64,000 nt of DNA from an uncultured bacterium. Its GTDB lineage: Bacteria > Desulfobacterota_D > UBA1144 > Nemesobacterales > UBA2774. Below, piece by piece: positions 41,946-51,043 of this stretch. A program made the position numbers and the translations under genes. Below the pieces are notes generated by a model that had not been told where the DNA came from, did no database searches, and saw nothing but the letters and a program-made list of their open reading frames with translations. The DNA lies in contig CAWGRW010000009.1 of NCBI GenBank assembly GCA_963825135.1, forward strand, positions 2,432,001-2,496,000. The letters are read 5' to 3'. Within the stretch, counting starts at the first letter, position 1; the number at the start of each line of letters is the position of its first letter.

Positions 41946-42698
41946 ATGAACACTTTTAGAGTATACAAGCTCGGAAAGGTCCCCTACCGGAAGGCGCTCG
42001 AGCTACAGACGAAACTTATCGAGATGAGGAGGAAGGGAGAGATCGGCGACACCCTTCTGCTCCTCGAACACCCTCCTACGTTCACTACCGGCCGCCGCGG
42101 CAACATGGGGAACCTCCTTGCAGCTAAGGATTACTTGAGCAGGGCGGGCATCCATTTCGAGGTGATAAGCAGGGGCGGGGACATCACCTATCACGGCCCC
42201 GGCCAGCTTGTCGGGTATCCGATAATCGACCTGAACGGCATGGGCAGGGATGTCCATAAATATCTGAGGAACCTCGAAGAGACGATCATAACCTCACTCC
42301 GGGATTTCGGCATCGGGGGCAGGAGAATAAAGGGCATAACAGGCGTTTGGGCGAAATGGCATAAAATAGCCTCCATAGGAGTTGGCGTCAGGAGGTGGGT
42401 CACCTACCACGGATTCGCGCTCAACGTGAATACCGACCTCTCCTACTTCGACATGATAGTCCCCTGCGGCATAGAGAACGTAAAAATGACATCTATTCAG
42501 AGATGGCTCGCGAAAAATGAAGAGATCGATATGCCGGAAGTGGAGGAAAGTATTATTAAAGCATTTTCTCAGGTATTTAATATAACCCATTCAAATACAA
42601 CAACACTTTATAATAACATCGCGGATGACAACCTCGACTTCGACCTTCTCCTCGAGATCGGGAAGAGGCTCTCGGACGAATCCGACCTGACCGCATAA
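41946..42698 (+). CDS. lipB: Octanoyltransferase
   Basis: LLEHPPTFTTG, RGGDITYHGPGQLVGYPI, KIASIG, HGFALN, IVPCGI. Confidence 0.96.
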   Translation: MNTFRVYKLGKVPYRKALELQTKLIEMRRKGEIGDTLLLLEHPPTFTTGRRGNMGNLLAAKDYLSRAGIHFEVISRGGDITYHGPGQLVGYPIIDLNGMGRDVHKYLRNLEETIITSLRDFGIGGRRIKGITGVWAKWHKIASIGVGVRRWVTYHGFALNVNTDLSYFDMIVPCGIENVKMTSIQRWLAKNEEIDMPEVEESIIKAFSQVFNITHSNTTTLYNNIADDNLDFDLLLEIGKRLSDESDLTA

Positions 42699-42758
42699 TA
42701 AAATTCCGGTGAGTCTCCGGACTGATTTCGGTGCACTGCCGGTGCGCCTTTCCCCGTC

Positions 42759-43643
42759 TTAAGGGATGATCTTCGACTGCTGCACGAGGTTCGAGATCTT
42801 TATCAGGAACTCCTTCATGTCTTCCTGGAATATCGGATCGTTGTAGTGAGGGTCCGAAAGCTCGGATCTCTGATAGATGGTCTTGTAAGATTCCTTGACC
42901 GCGCCGAGCGCCTGATCGTAGTTGTCGAGCATGCCCTGCCGCCTGTCGAGCTCCTTGCTCTTGTCTATGACGAATGACCTCTTGAGTGCGTCCCTGCTTT
43001 CGCTGTCCTTGAGCATTGTGTCGAGGAGCTTGATGTTCCTTTTATAATTATCGAGCTGTACCTGATAAATATCCGAGAACGCGTCCAGTAATGCAAGCGT
43101 CGCGTCGAGTCTCGGCTGGTTTTCGAGTATGACTTCCTGAGGCGATTTCTGTACGTAAAATGAGGTGAAGTAGTCCTTCCACTTGTTGACGGTAATTACG
43201 TCCTGCTCGTATCCCTTGAGCTCCGTCACGGTATCCGTGATATTTTCATCCACCCCGGTAAACTGCGGGACGAACTGGACGTTCTCGAACGCGCCCTTCA
43301 GCTCGGACCTCTTCACTACGAGATTAAGCGCCCGGCTGAAATCCAGAAGTGCGAGGGAGGTTTCATTGAACGCGGCGGTCTCGGATTTATACGGCGCGCA
43401 CTTCTCCTTGTCGCTCGTGTACTGAGTCATCGGCGAGGAAGCCGGGGTCTGACCTAGCTCCATTATGATGTTCCTGATCTCTGCGGTTGCGAGGCAGGTA
43501 TCGTAGCCGCCGGTAAAGACCGAATTATACGAGCCCGCGAACTGACCGGTCCCCGTCCCGAAGTCCTCTACTGCCTGATAGTTCACGCACCCGGACGTAA
43601 GCCCGACTATTATAGATATGCCGATAATCTTATTTAAACGCAT
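42759..43643 (-). CDS. Hypothetical helical lipoprotein
   Basis: Lipobox LTSGC after hydrophobic signal; RBS GGAG; coiled-coil-like C-terminus. Confidence 0.8.
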   Translation of the reverse strand: MRLNKIIGISIIVGLTSGCVNYQAVEDFGTGTGQFAGSYNSVFTGGYDTCLATAEIRNIIMELGQTPASSPMTQYTSDKEKCAPYKSETAAFNETSLALLDFSRALNLVVKRSELKGAFENVQFVPQFTGVDENITDTVTELKGYEQDVITVNKWKDYFTSFYVQKSPQEVILENQPRLDATLALLDAFSDIYQVQLDNYKRNIKLLDTMLKDSESRDALKRSFVIDKSKELDRRQGMLDNYDQALGAVKESYKTIYQRSELSDPHYNDPIFQEDMKEFLIKISNLVQQSKIIP

Positions 43644-43781
43644 CTCTACTCCCTCCCTGGAAAGTTTGCTTTCCGGATCGTTTAGCTAATTTTAGTGCCG
43701 ATTGTAATTAAAATATAGGAGTGATAGTAATTTTAATAAAAGTGACTAGTTTTATTAGCGGATACAAGATTTGAGACTAGA

Positions 43782-44486
43782 TTATAAGTACACTTTTAAC
43801 TCGGCCCTTTTCCGGATCCGGAGCTTCTTGAAGATTTTTGACAGGTGGTGTTTGACTGTTTTTTCGCTTATGAAAAGATTACGGCCTATTTCCCTGTTCT
43901 TGACCCCCTTCCCCGCCATCTGTATGATCTCGAGCTCGCGTCTCGTGAAGGTCGGGAGTGTGAGCTCCTGCCTGCCGTTCTCCTTTAATCTGCACAAGTA
44001 AAGCTGTTCGAAAACAAACGTTTCGAGGACACTTCTCCTGAACCAGAGCGCTCCGCCCGAGATGCACTTTATGGAATCGAGGAGCACATCGGTCTCGAAG
44101 TTCTCAATTAAAACGCCCTTTATTCCGAGCTTGAGGGCGGCCATTTCCTTATCGTGATTTGAGGTGTTTAGTATCGCCAATATATTCAGCTTGGGGAATT
44201 CCCGGATTAATGCGGTGATAGGTTCCGGTATGTTCGATGAGTCATACCCCGGACCATCGTCGTTTATAATCACGAGCGAAGGCTCATGCTCATGAATTTT
44301 CAGAGTGGCTTCAAACCAGTTGGTTGCTTCACCCACGAAATATATCCCCGGCTCGCCTATGAGCATCCCCTTGATCCCTTTTATCGCCAGGTGATGCGGG
44401 CTGTAGAGGAGGATATGGCATACCTCCTGAGCCTGATTGCTGCAACTCCCTGTATCGGTAACATTTCCCGAGTAAAGAGTTTCCAT
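43782..44486 (-). CDS. NarL/LuxR family regulator with atypical receiver domain
   Basis: C-terminal TRRELEII...G..NREIG..LFISEKTVKHH HTH; receiver lacks the acidic pair (LLYSPH). Confidence 0.88.
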   Translation of the reverse strand: METLYSGNVTDTGSCSNQAQEVCHILLYSPHHLAIKGIKGMLIGEPGIYFVGEATNWFEATLKIHEHEPSLVIINDDGPGYDSSNIPEPITALIREFPKLNILAILNTSNHDKEMAALKLGIKGVLIENFETDVLLDSIKCISGGALWFRRSVLETFVFEQLYLCRLKENGRQELTLPTFTRRELEIIQMAGKGVKNREIGRNLFISEKTVKHHLSKIFKKLRIRKRAELKVYL

Positions 44487-44750
44487 ATTCTCCCCCTCTC
44501 ATCCGAAATAATGACTAATCGGATACGCTAATTAATGTTCTTCGTAATTATTTATATCAAATCCGGCTTTTCTGTTCAATCGGGTGATCACCGTATTTTA
44601 AATAGGGTGACTATGTATTTTCCGTATAGATATTTGTATGATTTGCGGCAGATATATGCATTTTTGTCTGATTGCTCTTAATTAATTCAATTTGAAAAAA
44701 CTGGTATTGAAAGTTTATATTGTGATAGACTATTCAATCATTGAGCGGGA

Positions 44751-46889
44751 TTGTCTGTCTCGACGAGCGCCCTACGGGCTTGGGGTATTACCGTATTGAA
44801 GAACCATTGCGAAAAAAGCATTCTAAAACCCGATGGTATTTCCGAACGAAACACTCTAAAAGAATTAGAGGACGCGTTGGACAAAAGGTCCGGCATCGAT
44901 ATGGTTTTACCTGAGCTTGATTCTGAGCCGTCCGAGCCGCGCAGGGCCGGGACTCTCGTGGAACATGACAATCACATCGCTGCCCCGGGCCCGGATCAGG
45001 GGCAGCATAAAAGTCTCGAAGAAACGGCCGGGCATAAGCGATCGTCTCGCATCAAAGACGTTATATTTCAATTCGAGAAAAAAAGCAGGTATGAAGAGAT
45101 TGTGAGGATCGTGCTGCAGAACGTGCACGGATCACTTAAGCTTGCCGATGTAATAGATAACGCCGTTGACGTGATGAATAAGCACATAGAAACTGCGCAG
45201 AATGTCTCCATTTACATGGTCGAAGGAAAAAACGCGGTCTTGAAATCTTACAGGGGCTACCCGTCCGATTTGATGAAGGATCTGGCCGCTATACCCTACC
45301 CCAGGGGCTTTACGTGGAAGACGCTGATGGACTCCGCTCCAGTTTATTGTCCCGACGTCGATCAAGATACGCTCATTGGACCTCTGGGCAGAAAACTGGG
45401 GACGATGTCGTACGTTTCAATGCCTATTTGCTTTTCGGGTAAGGCTATCGGATGCATCAATATAAACTCCCTCAGGAAAAACGCGTTCGACCGGGAAGAG
45501 CTCGACCTCCTGGAAGTAGTTGCGAATTCTATCGGCGCGGCGATAAATAATGCCAGGAAAGCCGAAGCCCTTAAGAAGTCACGCGAGGCGCTCAGGAAAA
45601 ACGTTGGAAAGCTCAGAAGAAAAAACCGTTTCGAGAAGGTAATAAACGCGGTTACCACAAGTGTGCACCAGTCGATCGAGCTTGGTGAAGTTTTCGACAA
45701 TGCGGTTGACGCGATAAATGCGGAAATTAAAGAGGCGCGGCACGTCGTGATATTTATGGTCGAGGATGGCGCGTCTGATAACGAAAGTTCGCGCTATGCC
45801 GTTATGACGGCTAACCGGGGCCATGACCAATCATACCTTGAGCGCGTGAAAAAGATCCCCTACCCTAATGGCGCTACATGGAAGACGATAATCGACGGCA
45901 ACCCGCTTTTTGTGCCCGATGCGGACAAAGACGAATATTTAGGTACGGCGAGCAGGGATTTCGGGATCAGGAGTTATATCTCGATGCCGCTTAAACTGGA
46001 TGGGGCAACTGTAGGTTGTATTCACATACATTCAAATAAGAAGTCCGCCTTCAATAAGGACGATCTTAGCTTACTTGAAATCGTTGCAAGGCAGCTCGAA
46101 ACGGCGATTAAAAACGCGAAGAAAACCGAGGAGCTGAGAAAATCCGAAGAGGCTTTGAGGAAGACGAGGGACGAGCTTGAAAAACGGGTCAGGGACCGCA
46201 CTTCGGAGCTCCAGAAATCCAATACGCTCCTGATTAAGGAGATTCTGGAAAGACGATACGTCGAAAACGAATTAAAACAGTCTCTCGCGGAAAAGGACGT
46301 CCTGCTAAAGGAAATCCATCACAGGGTGAAGAACAACCTCCAGATCATATCGAGCCTGTTGAAACTCCAGTCGAGGAAAATAAAGGACGAAAAGGCCCTC
46401 GCTTCGTTCCTCGAGAGCAACGACCGGATAAGGTCGATCGCGACCCTCCACGAACAGTTATACCGTTCAAAAGACCTCTCCCGTATCGACTTCGCGGCGC
46501 ATATCAGGAATATGACGAACAACCTGCTGCGGTCCTACGGGGTCAGAAACGACGATATCAGAGTGGTAATAGATTCGGAGCGGATATACCTCGATATTAA
46601 TACCGGTATCCCCCTCGGCCTGATCGTGAACGAGCTCGTTTCTAACGCGATAAAGCACGGTTTTGACGGCGCGAAGAGGGGCGAGATAAAGATCGAATTC
46701 AAGAAGATACACGATAGATATTCTCTCAGCGTAAGCAACGACGGGAATAAATTTCCGAAAGGCCTCGACATCAATAACGGCGCTACCCTCGGTCTGGAGC
46801 TGGTTTCGTCTCTGTCCAAACAGCTGAAGGGGGCTCTTTCGATGTCGAGCGGAGACGTCACGGAATTCAAGATCGAGTTCGGGCAATAG
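44751..46889 (+). CDS. Cytoplasmic tandem-GAF sensor histidine kinase (HisKA_2 type); start may be 44901
   Basis: Two GAF repeats (IPYPRGFTWKT / IPYPNGATWKT), LEKRVRDRT coil, EIHHRVKNNLQ, NELVSNAIKH, LGLELV. Confidence 0.92.
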   Translation: MSVSTSALRAWGITVLKNHCEKSILKPDGISERNTLKELEDALDKRSGIDMVLPELDSEPSEPRRAGTLVEHDNHIAAPGPDQGQHKSLEETAGHKRSSRIKDVIFQFEKKSRYEEIVRIVLQNVHGSLKLADVIDNAVDVMNKHIETAQNVSIYMVEGKNAVLKSYRGYPSDLMKDLAAIPYPRGFTWKTLMDSAPVYCPDVDQDTLIGPLGRKLGTMSYVSMPICFSGKAIGCININSLRKNAFDREELDLLEVVANSIGAAINNARKAEALKKSREALRKNVGKLRRKNRFEKVINAVTTSVHQSIELGEVFDNAVDAINAEIKEARHVVIFMVEDGASDNESSRYAVMTANRGHDQSYLERVKKIPYPNGATWKTIIDGNPLFVPDADKDEYLGTASRDFGIRSYISMPLKLDGATVGCIHIHSNKKSAFNKDDLSLLEIVARQLETAIKNAKKTEELRKSEEALRKTRDELEKRVRDRTSELQKSNTLLIKEILERRYVENELKQSLAEKDVLLKEIHHRVKNNLQIISSLLKLQSRKIKDEKALASFLESNDRIRSIATLHEQLYRSKDLSRIDFAAHIRNMTNNLLRSYGVRNDDIRVVIDSERIYLDINTGIPLGLIVNELVSNAIKHGFDGAKRGEIKIEFKKIHDRYSLSVSNDGNKFPKGLDINNGATLGLELVSSLSKQLKGALSMSSGDVTEFKIEFGQ

Positions 46890-46911
46890 AAAAAACAATG
46901 GGAAAGGTAAA

Positions 46912-47454
46912 ATGGACAAAATCAAAATTCTGATAGTCGAGGACGAGATAATAGTCGCAAAGCATATAGAGGATTCTCTCCTGAGCCTCGGTTATTCCGT
47001 TACCGGCATATCCTCGTCGGGCGAGGAAGCGGTCGAGCATGCCGGGCACTTCAGGCCCGATGTGGTATTGATGGACATCATGCTCGGAGGCGGGACCGAC
47101 GGGATAAGCGCGGCGGAGCTCATAAGGAAACGCTATAACATCCCCATTATTTTTCTTACCGCGTATTCCAATGAAAATACAATCCACCGGGCCAAGACCG
47201 TCAAGCCCTACGGTTATATACTCAAGCCTTTCGAGGAAACCGACCTGTTCACCTCGATAGAAATAGCCCTCCATAAGCACCGGATCGAAAGGAAGCTCGT
47301 CGAGGAGACGGAGAACGCGCTTGCCGCGATCATAGGGAGTACCGAGGTGTTCCTCGAGGACGGCACGTCCAAGTATAACGTGGAAACGCTCCGGAGGATC
47401 GAGTCGATCAGGAACGCCGCTCTGATAATCAAGGAGACGATCGAGGAACTGTAG
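46912..47454 (+). CDS. Response regulator receiver with short helical C-terminal tail
   Basis: ILIVEDE, VLMDI, FLTAY, YILKPF. Confidence 0.92.
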   Translation: MDKIKILIVEDEIIVAKHIEDSLLSLGYSVTGISSSGEEAVEHAGHFRPDVVLMDIMLGGGTDGISAAELIRKRYNIPIIFLTAYSNENTIHRAKTVKPYGYILKPFEETDLFTSIEIALHKHRIERKLVEETENALAAIIGSTEVFLEDGTSKYNVETLRRIESIRNAALIIKETIEEL

Positions 47455-47458
47455 AAAT

Positions 47459-48265
47459 ATGGATAATTCCGTATTCCCGTTACTTAAATCCCTCGGCGAG
47501 CACGAACAGATATGCCACCTCTACGATACCGATGCCGAATGTTACGAGATAGCGGCCAGCTTTTTCCTCCACGGCATAAGGTGCGGGAGCCCCTGCGTTT
47601 ACATATCCGACCAGCACGCCCCTCAGGAGCTCTTAAAGAGACTCGAAGGCCACGGTATCTCGCATAATAACAGTTCAAAAACCCGGGCGTTCGAGGAGAT
47701 ACTCGTCGGCAGCCATTTAAAGGAGCCCAGGCGGGCGGACGATATACTGGCTTTCATAGAAAAAGGGCTCGATAAAATTATCAGGAAAGGCGGCAAAACA
47801 GTCCGCGTCCTTATGGTACTGAACAGGGACCCCTTTTTCTTCCTCACAGATTCCGAGAGGCTATGGATGAAGGCGTATTTGAATAAAATATGCGTCGATA
47901 AACCCGTCATAATGATGAACCAGTACAACATCGAGCGTATAAGCTCGAAAGAGCTCCTTTCCATATTCAAGACGCACCCGACCGTCGTCGAGAAGAACCT
48001 GGTTTTCAAAAGCCCCCTATACACGGAGCCCGGCGCGATACTGAGGGAAGGAGAGAACGAGCTCGACAGGTTCAGGATACTGAGCGGGAAGGAGAAGAAG
48101 ATACTCGGCCTCATCACGAACGGCCTCAGCAACAGCGCCATAGCGCAGGAGCTTACGATAAGCATCAAAACTGTAGAGACCCACCGGGCGAATATTATGA
48201 AGAAGCTCGAGATCCATAATCTGGTTGATTTAGTGAAGTTCTCCATGCGTAACGGCATGGCGTGA
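47459..48265 (+). CDS. MEDS-domain LuxR-type transcriptional regulator
   Basis: EQICHLYDT...FFLHGIRCGSPCVYI and QYN...IFKTHP fit MEDS; ISIKTVETHRANIMKKL HTH. Confidence 0.8.
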   Translation: MDNSVFPLLKSLGEHEQICHLYDTDAECYEIAASFFLHGIRCGSPCVYISDQHAPQELLKRLEGHGISHNNSSKTRAFEEILVGSHLKEPRRADDILAFIEKGLDKIIRKGGKTVRVLMVLNRDPFFFLTDSERLWMKAYLNKICVDKPVIMMNQYNIERISSKELLSIFKTHPTVVEKNLVFKSPLYTEPGAILREGENELDRFRILSGKEKKILGLITNGLSNSAIAQELTISIKTVETHRANIMKKLEIHNLVDLVKFSMRNGMA

Positions 48266-48289
48266 GTGTACTTACATTTACCTAACGGT

Positions 48290-48840
48290 TTACCCCGCCG
48301 TCTTTGCCCTCTTCGTCACAGCAAGAAACAGATAACAGGCGATAACCACAACGCTCGCTATGAGCAGAAGGAACTTTATGGCTTGCCGCGGTCTGAGGCG
48401 GCGAATATTATGAGGCCGTTCAGGTTCTCCGGGTCGGACAGCTGTGACTGCAGAAGTAAATTCTCGATGACGTCTAGCGCGCCCGCAAACATCGGCAGGC
48501 TGAAATACGTGAGCGCCTTCCCCCGCTCTACCCCCTTAAGGAGCGACCCCATTACATTCCCCAGGAACCCGGTATACGAGATTATAAACAGATAGTCTAT
48601 CCAGATGAGCATCAAATGCGCGCGCACGCCCTCCACGCCGCATGCGCTTATAATGCCCTGAAAGGCCGGCTTCGTGAACGCGAGCTCTAGAGGGATCATC
48701 CCCGCGCACCCGGCTGGCCTCACGAACGAGTCCGTGGTTATCATGGCGAACGCCGTGAGCACGAAAAAGGTTCCCGTGAATATGAGGAACTCCTTTACGG
48801 CCAGGGCGTTGAACAGAAATTCTATAATTTTTCTGGGCAT
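48290..48840 (-). CDS. Membrane protein, ~4 TM (frameshift near 48392)
   Basis: IDYLFIISY, ALDVIEN; alternate frame continues KFLLLIASVVVIACYLFL to a stop at 48290. Confidence 0.7.
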
Positions 48841-48997
48841 TCGTTTCCCTTATCGGTTTATATGAGATAATGATTATTCAGGGTCGGGCCGAACATTCAA
48901 CCTCCGCCCGGATAATTGCGCCCCGGCCGCTCTTTATGGCGGCGTTCATTGTATGTTATATTCTGAATGATAATAAGTATATCGGCGGAGGTTTCAG

Positions 48998-49315
48998 GTG
49001 ACCGGTTCGAGGTTAGAGACTTTTAAGGCCCTCGTGAAGAAGGACCCGGGCAACCCGCTCGGGAGGTACTCGCTCGCCAATGAATATTACAAGCTGGAAA
49101 TGTACAAAGAGGCGATAACGGAGATAGACGAGTACCTGAAGATAGCGGACGACCAGGGGGCCGTTTACAGGATGCTCGCCGAGTGCTATATACACACGGG
49201 TGATTCCGAGATGGCGAGGGAGGCCTACTACAAGGGGATGGAGGCTGCCAACCGCCACGGGCACCCGGGTATGGCCGAGGAATACGAGGAAGCTATCGAA
49301 TTGCTGGACGAATGA
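48998..49315 (+). CDS. Tetratricopeptide repeat protein
   Basis: DPGNPLGRYSLANEY and AVYRMLAECY TPR pattern; RBS GGAGG. Confidence 0.85.
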   Translation: MTGSRLETFKALVKKDPGNPLGRYSLANEYYKLEMYKEAITEIDEYLKIADDQGAVYRMLAECYIHTGDSEMAREAYYKGMEAANRHGHPGMAEEYEEAIELLDE

Positions 49316-49358
49316 GCTATCTACTGCTGGACTATAATATAAGCCGGGGTGAATAGTA

Positions 49359-49667
49359 GTGGGAAACCTTTTCGATGTCGCGGCCGACGGGGAGATAGGT
49401 CTGGGCGAGGCGAAGCTGGTCGAGGCCGACGGTAAGGAGATCGCTCTCTTTAATTGTGACGGCGAATACTACGCCATAGATAACGACTGCACTCACATAG
49501 GGGGGCCGCTCTGCGAAGGCGAAATAAACGGCGAAACCGTCACCTGCCCGTGGCACGGAGCCGAATTCAACATCAGGACCGGCGAGGTCCTCGGACCCCC
49601 TGCCGATGAGAACGTCAATTCGTATAGAGTTCACGTCGAGGGCGGCAGGATATTGATCGAGATCTAG
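49359..49667 (+). CDS. Rieske-type [2Fe-2S] ferredoxin
   Basis: CTH...CPWH, FNIRTG. Confidence 0.93.
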   Translation: MGNLFDVAADGEIGLGEAKLVEADGKEIALFNCDGEYYAIDNDCTHIGGPLCEGEINGETVTCPWHGAEFNIRTGEVLGPPADENVNSYRVHVEGGRILIEI

Positions 49668-49683
49668 AGAGCGAACTAATCTG

Positions 49684-50952
49684 TTATAAATGCAGTCCTT
49701 CGAAGAGGGGCCCTGATTTCCTCTCTCTCGACAGGTCTTCCGCGTGCCGGAGCTCTTCCCTGAAACGGCCGTCGACGAGCAGGTCGGCGAGCGCCGAGGC
49801 CGCGCCGTACGAGATCATGAGTCCCCTTCCCGTATGCGCCTCGCACTCGTAGACGTTATAGAGTCCCGGGACGCTGCCCAGATAGCCTGACCGGTCTGGC
49901 GTCTCGGCGTACATCCCCGCCCATCCCCTTATGAACTTCACACGCTCGAACGCGCTCATTCTGTTCCAGAGCGGCTGCCAGATGTGCTTCACGAACGGGC
50001 TTTTCTCGCTCAAGCCTCCGAAGCTGAACTCGAAGTTGTAGCCGTACGGCTCGTCCATATTGGAGTACCCGGCGAGGATATTGGCTCCTTCCTGGTGGAA
50101 ATATATGTCCGACGTGTCGATCAGCATGCCGTAAGGCGAAAGGTCGACATCGGGGCAGTTGAGGACCACCATCTGACGCCTCCTCGGCTTTACACCGTCG
50201 TCATTAAACCCGTAAAGGGCCGAGACGCGGGGCGCCCAGGCCCCGGCGGTATTTATGAGCGTTCCGCATTTAAAAACGATGCCCGGCAAATTGTGCTCGA
50301 CTTTATCGTCCTCGAGTATCCTTTTCACCCTCTCTTCCATGGTGCTCCAGTCTTTATTAAAGCCGGTAATGTCATAAGCCGAGACTTCTTTCGCCCTCCC
50401 CCTTTCGACGGAGATCCGGGCGGCGTAGCACCTGTCGAAGAACCTGACCCCGTTCTTCCGCGCTTCGCCTCTGTAGAATTCCCTGAGCGAGTAGTGGTCT
50501 ATAAGTCCAGCTTTTCTAGAGACCGAGAGCCCCTCTATCCCTTCAAGGTTGTCGACGAGGGGGAGTATGGAAGGCACCTCTTCCGCCGGATATAATTCCA
50601 CGGGGAGCCCGTACTCTTTATAGAGGGGGTGGTTTTCGACGATCTCCCGCCACGACCTCGCGCCGTGCATCCAGAAGTAGCCTAGCTCCCGGAACTGTAT
50701 TACCTCCGCGATCGACTCGTAAAAATCTATCGAGTATTTGCAGAGCTCTATGTTCGCCCGGTTCCTCCAGGTCGCCCTCACTCCCCCAGCATTTTTGAGC
50801 GTGGAGGAATGCTCCCCTTCCATGTCTATGTCGATCACGCCGACCGAGGCTTTCACGCCCCTTTCGCCGAGCTTCTTTGAAAGCGCGTAGGCCCCCGCCG
50901 AGCCGAGTATGCCCGCGCCTATGAAGAGGAAATCGAGGTCGTGGCTTCCCAT
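49684..50952 (-). CDS. FAD-dependent oxidoreductase (DAO / sarcosine oxidase beta-like)
   Basis: GAGILG, NAGGVR, NTAGAW, WAGMYAETPD, HTGRGLM. Confidence 0.88.
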   Translation of the reverse strand: MGSHDLDFLFIGAGILGSAGAYALSKKLGERGVKASVGVIDIDMEGEHSSTLKNAGGVRATWRNRANIELCKYSIDFYESIAEVIQFRELGYFWMHGARSWREIVENHPLYKEYGLPVELYPAEEVPSILPLVDNLEGIEGLSVSRKAGLIDHYSLREFYRGEARKNGVRFFDRCYAARISVERGRAKEVSAYDITGFNKDWSTMEERVKRILEDDKVEHNLPGIVFKCGTLINTAGAWAPRVSALYGFNDDGVKPRRRQMVVLNCPDVDLSPYGMLIDTSDIYFHQEGANILAGYSNMDEPYGYNFEFSFGGLSEKSPFVKHIWQPLWNRMSAFERVKFIRGWAGMYAETPDRSGYLGSVPGLYNVYECEAHTGRGLMISYGAASALADLLVDGRFREELRHAEDLSRERKSGPLFEGLHL

Positions 50953-51043
50953 AGGGAATATTCTATCACAGGGCCGTCTCCGTATGTCTCGAGGGAATCC
51001 GCCGGGGCATTTGCGGGAGAATTTATGTTATCATTTTTACGTG

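Noticed and set aside
50953..51043. SOS box or imuA-imuB-dnaE2 cassette around the Y-family polymerase
   Set aside because: No recognisable LexA palindrome, no imuA or dnaE2; catalytic acidic residues are intact, so it is not ImuB.
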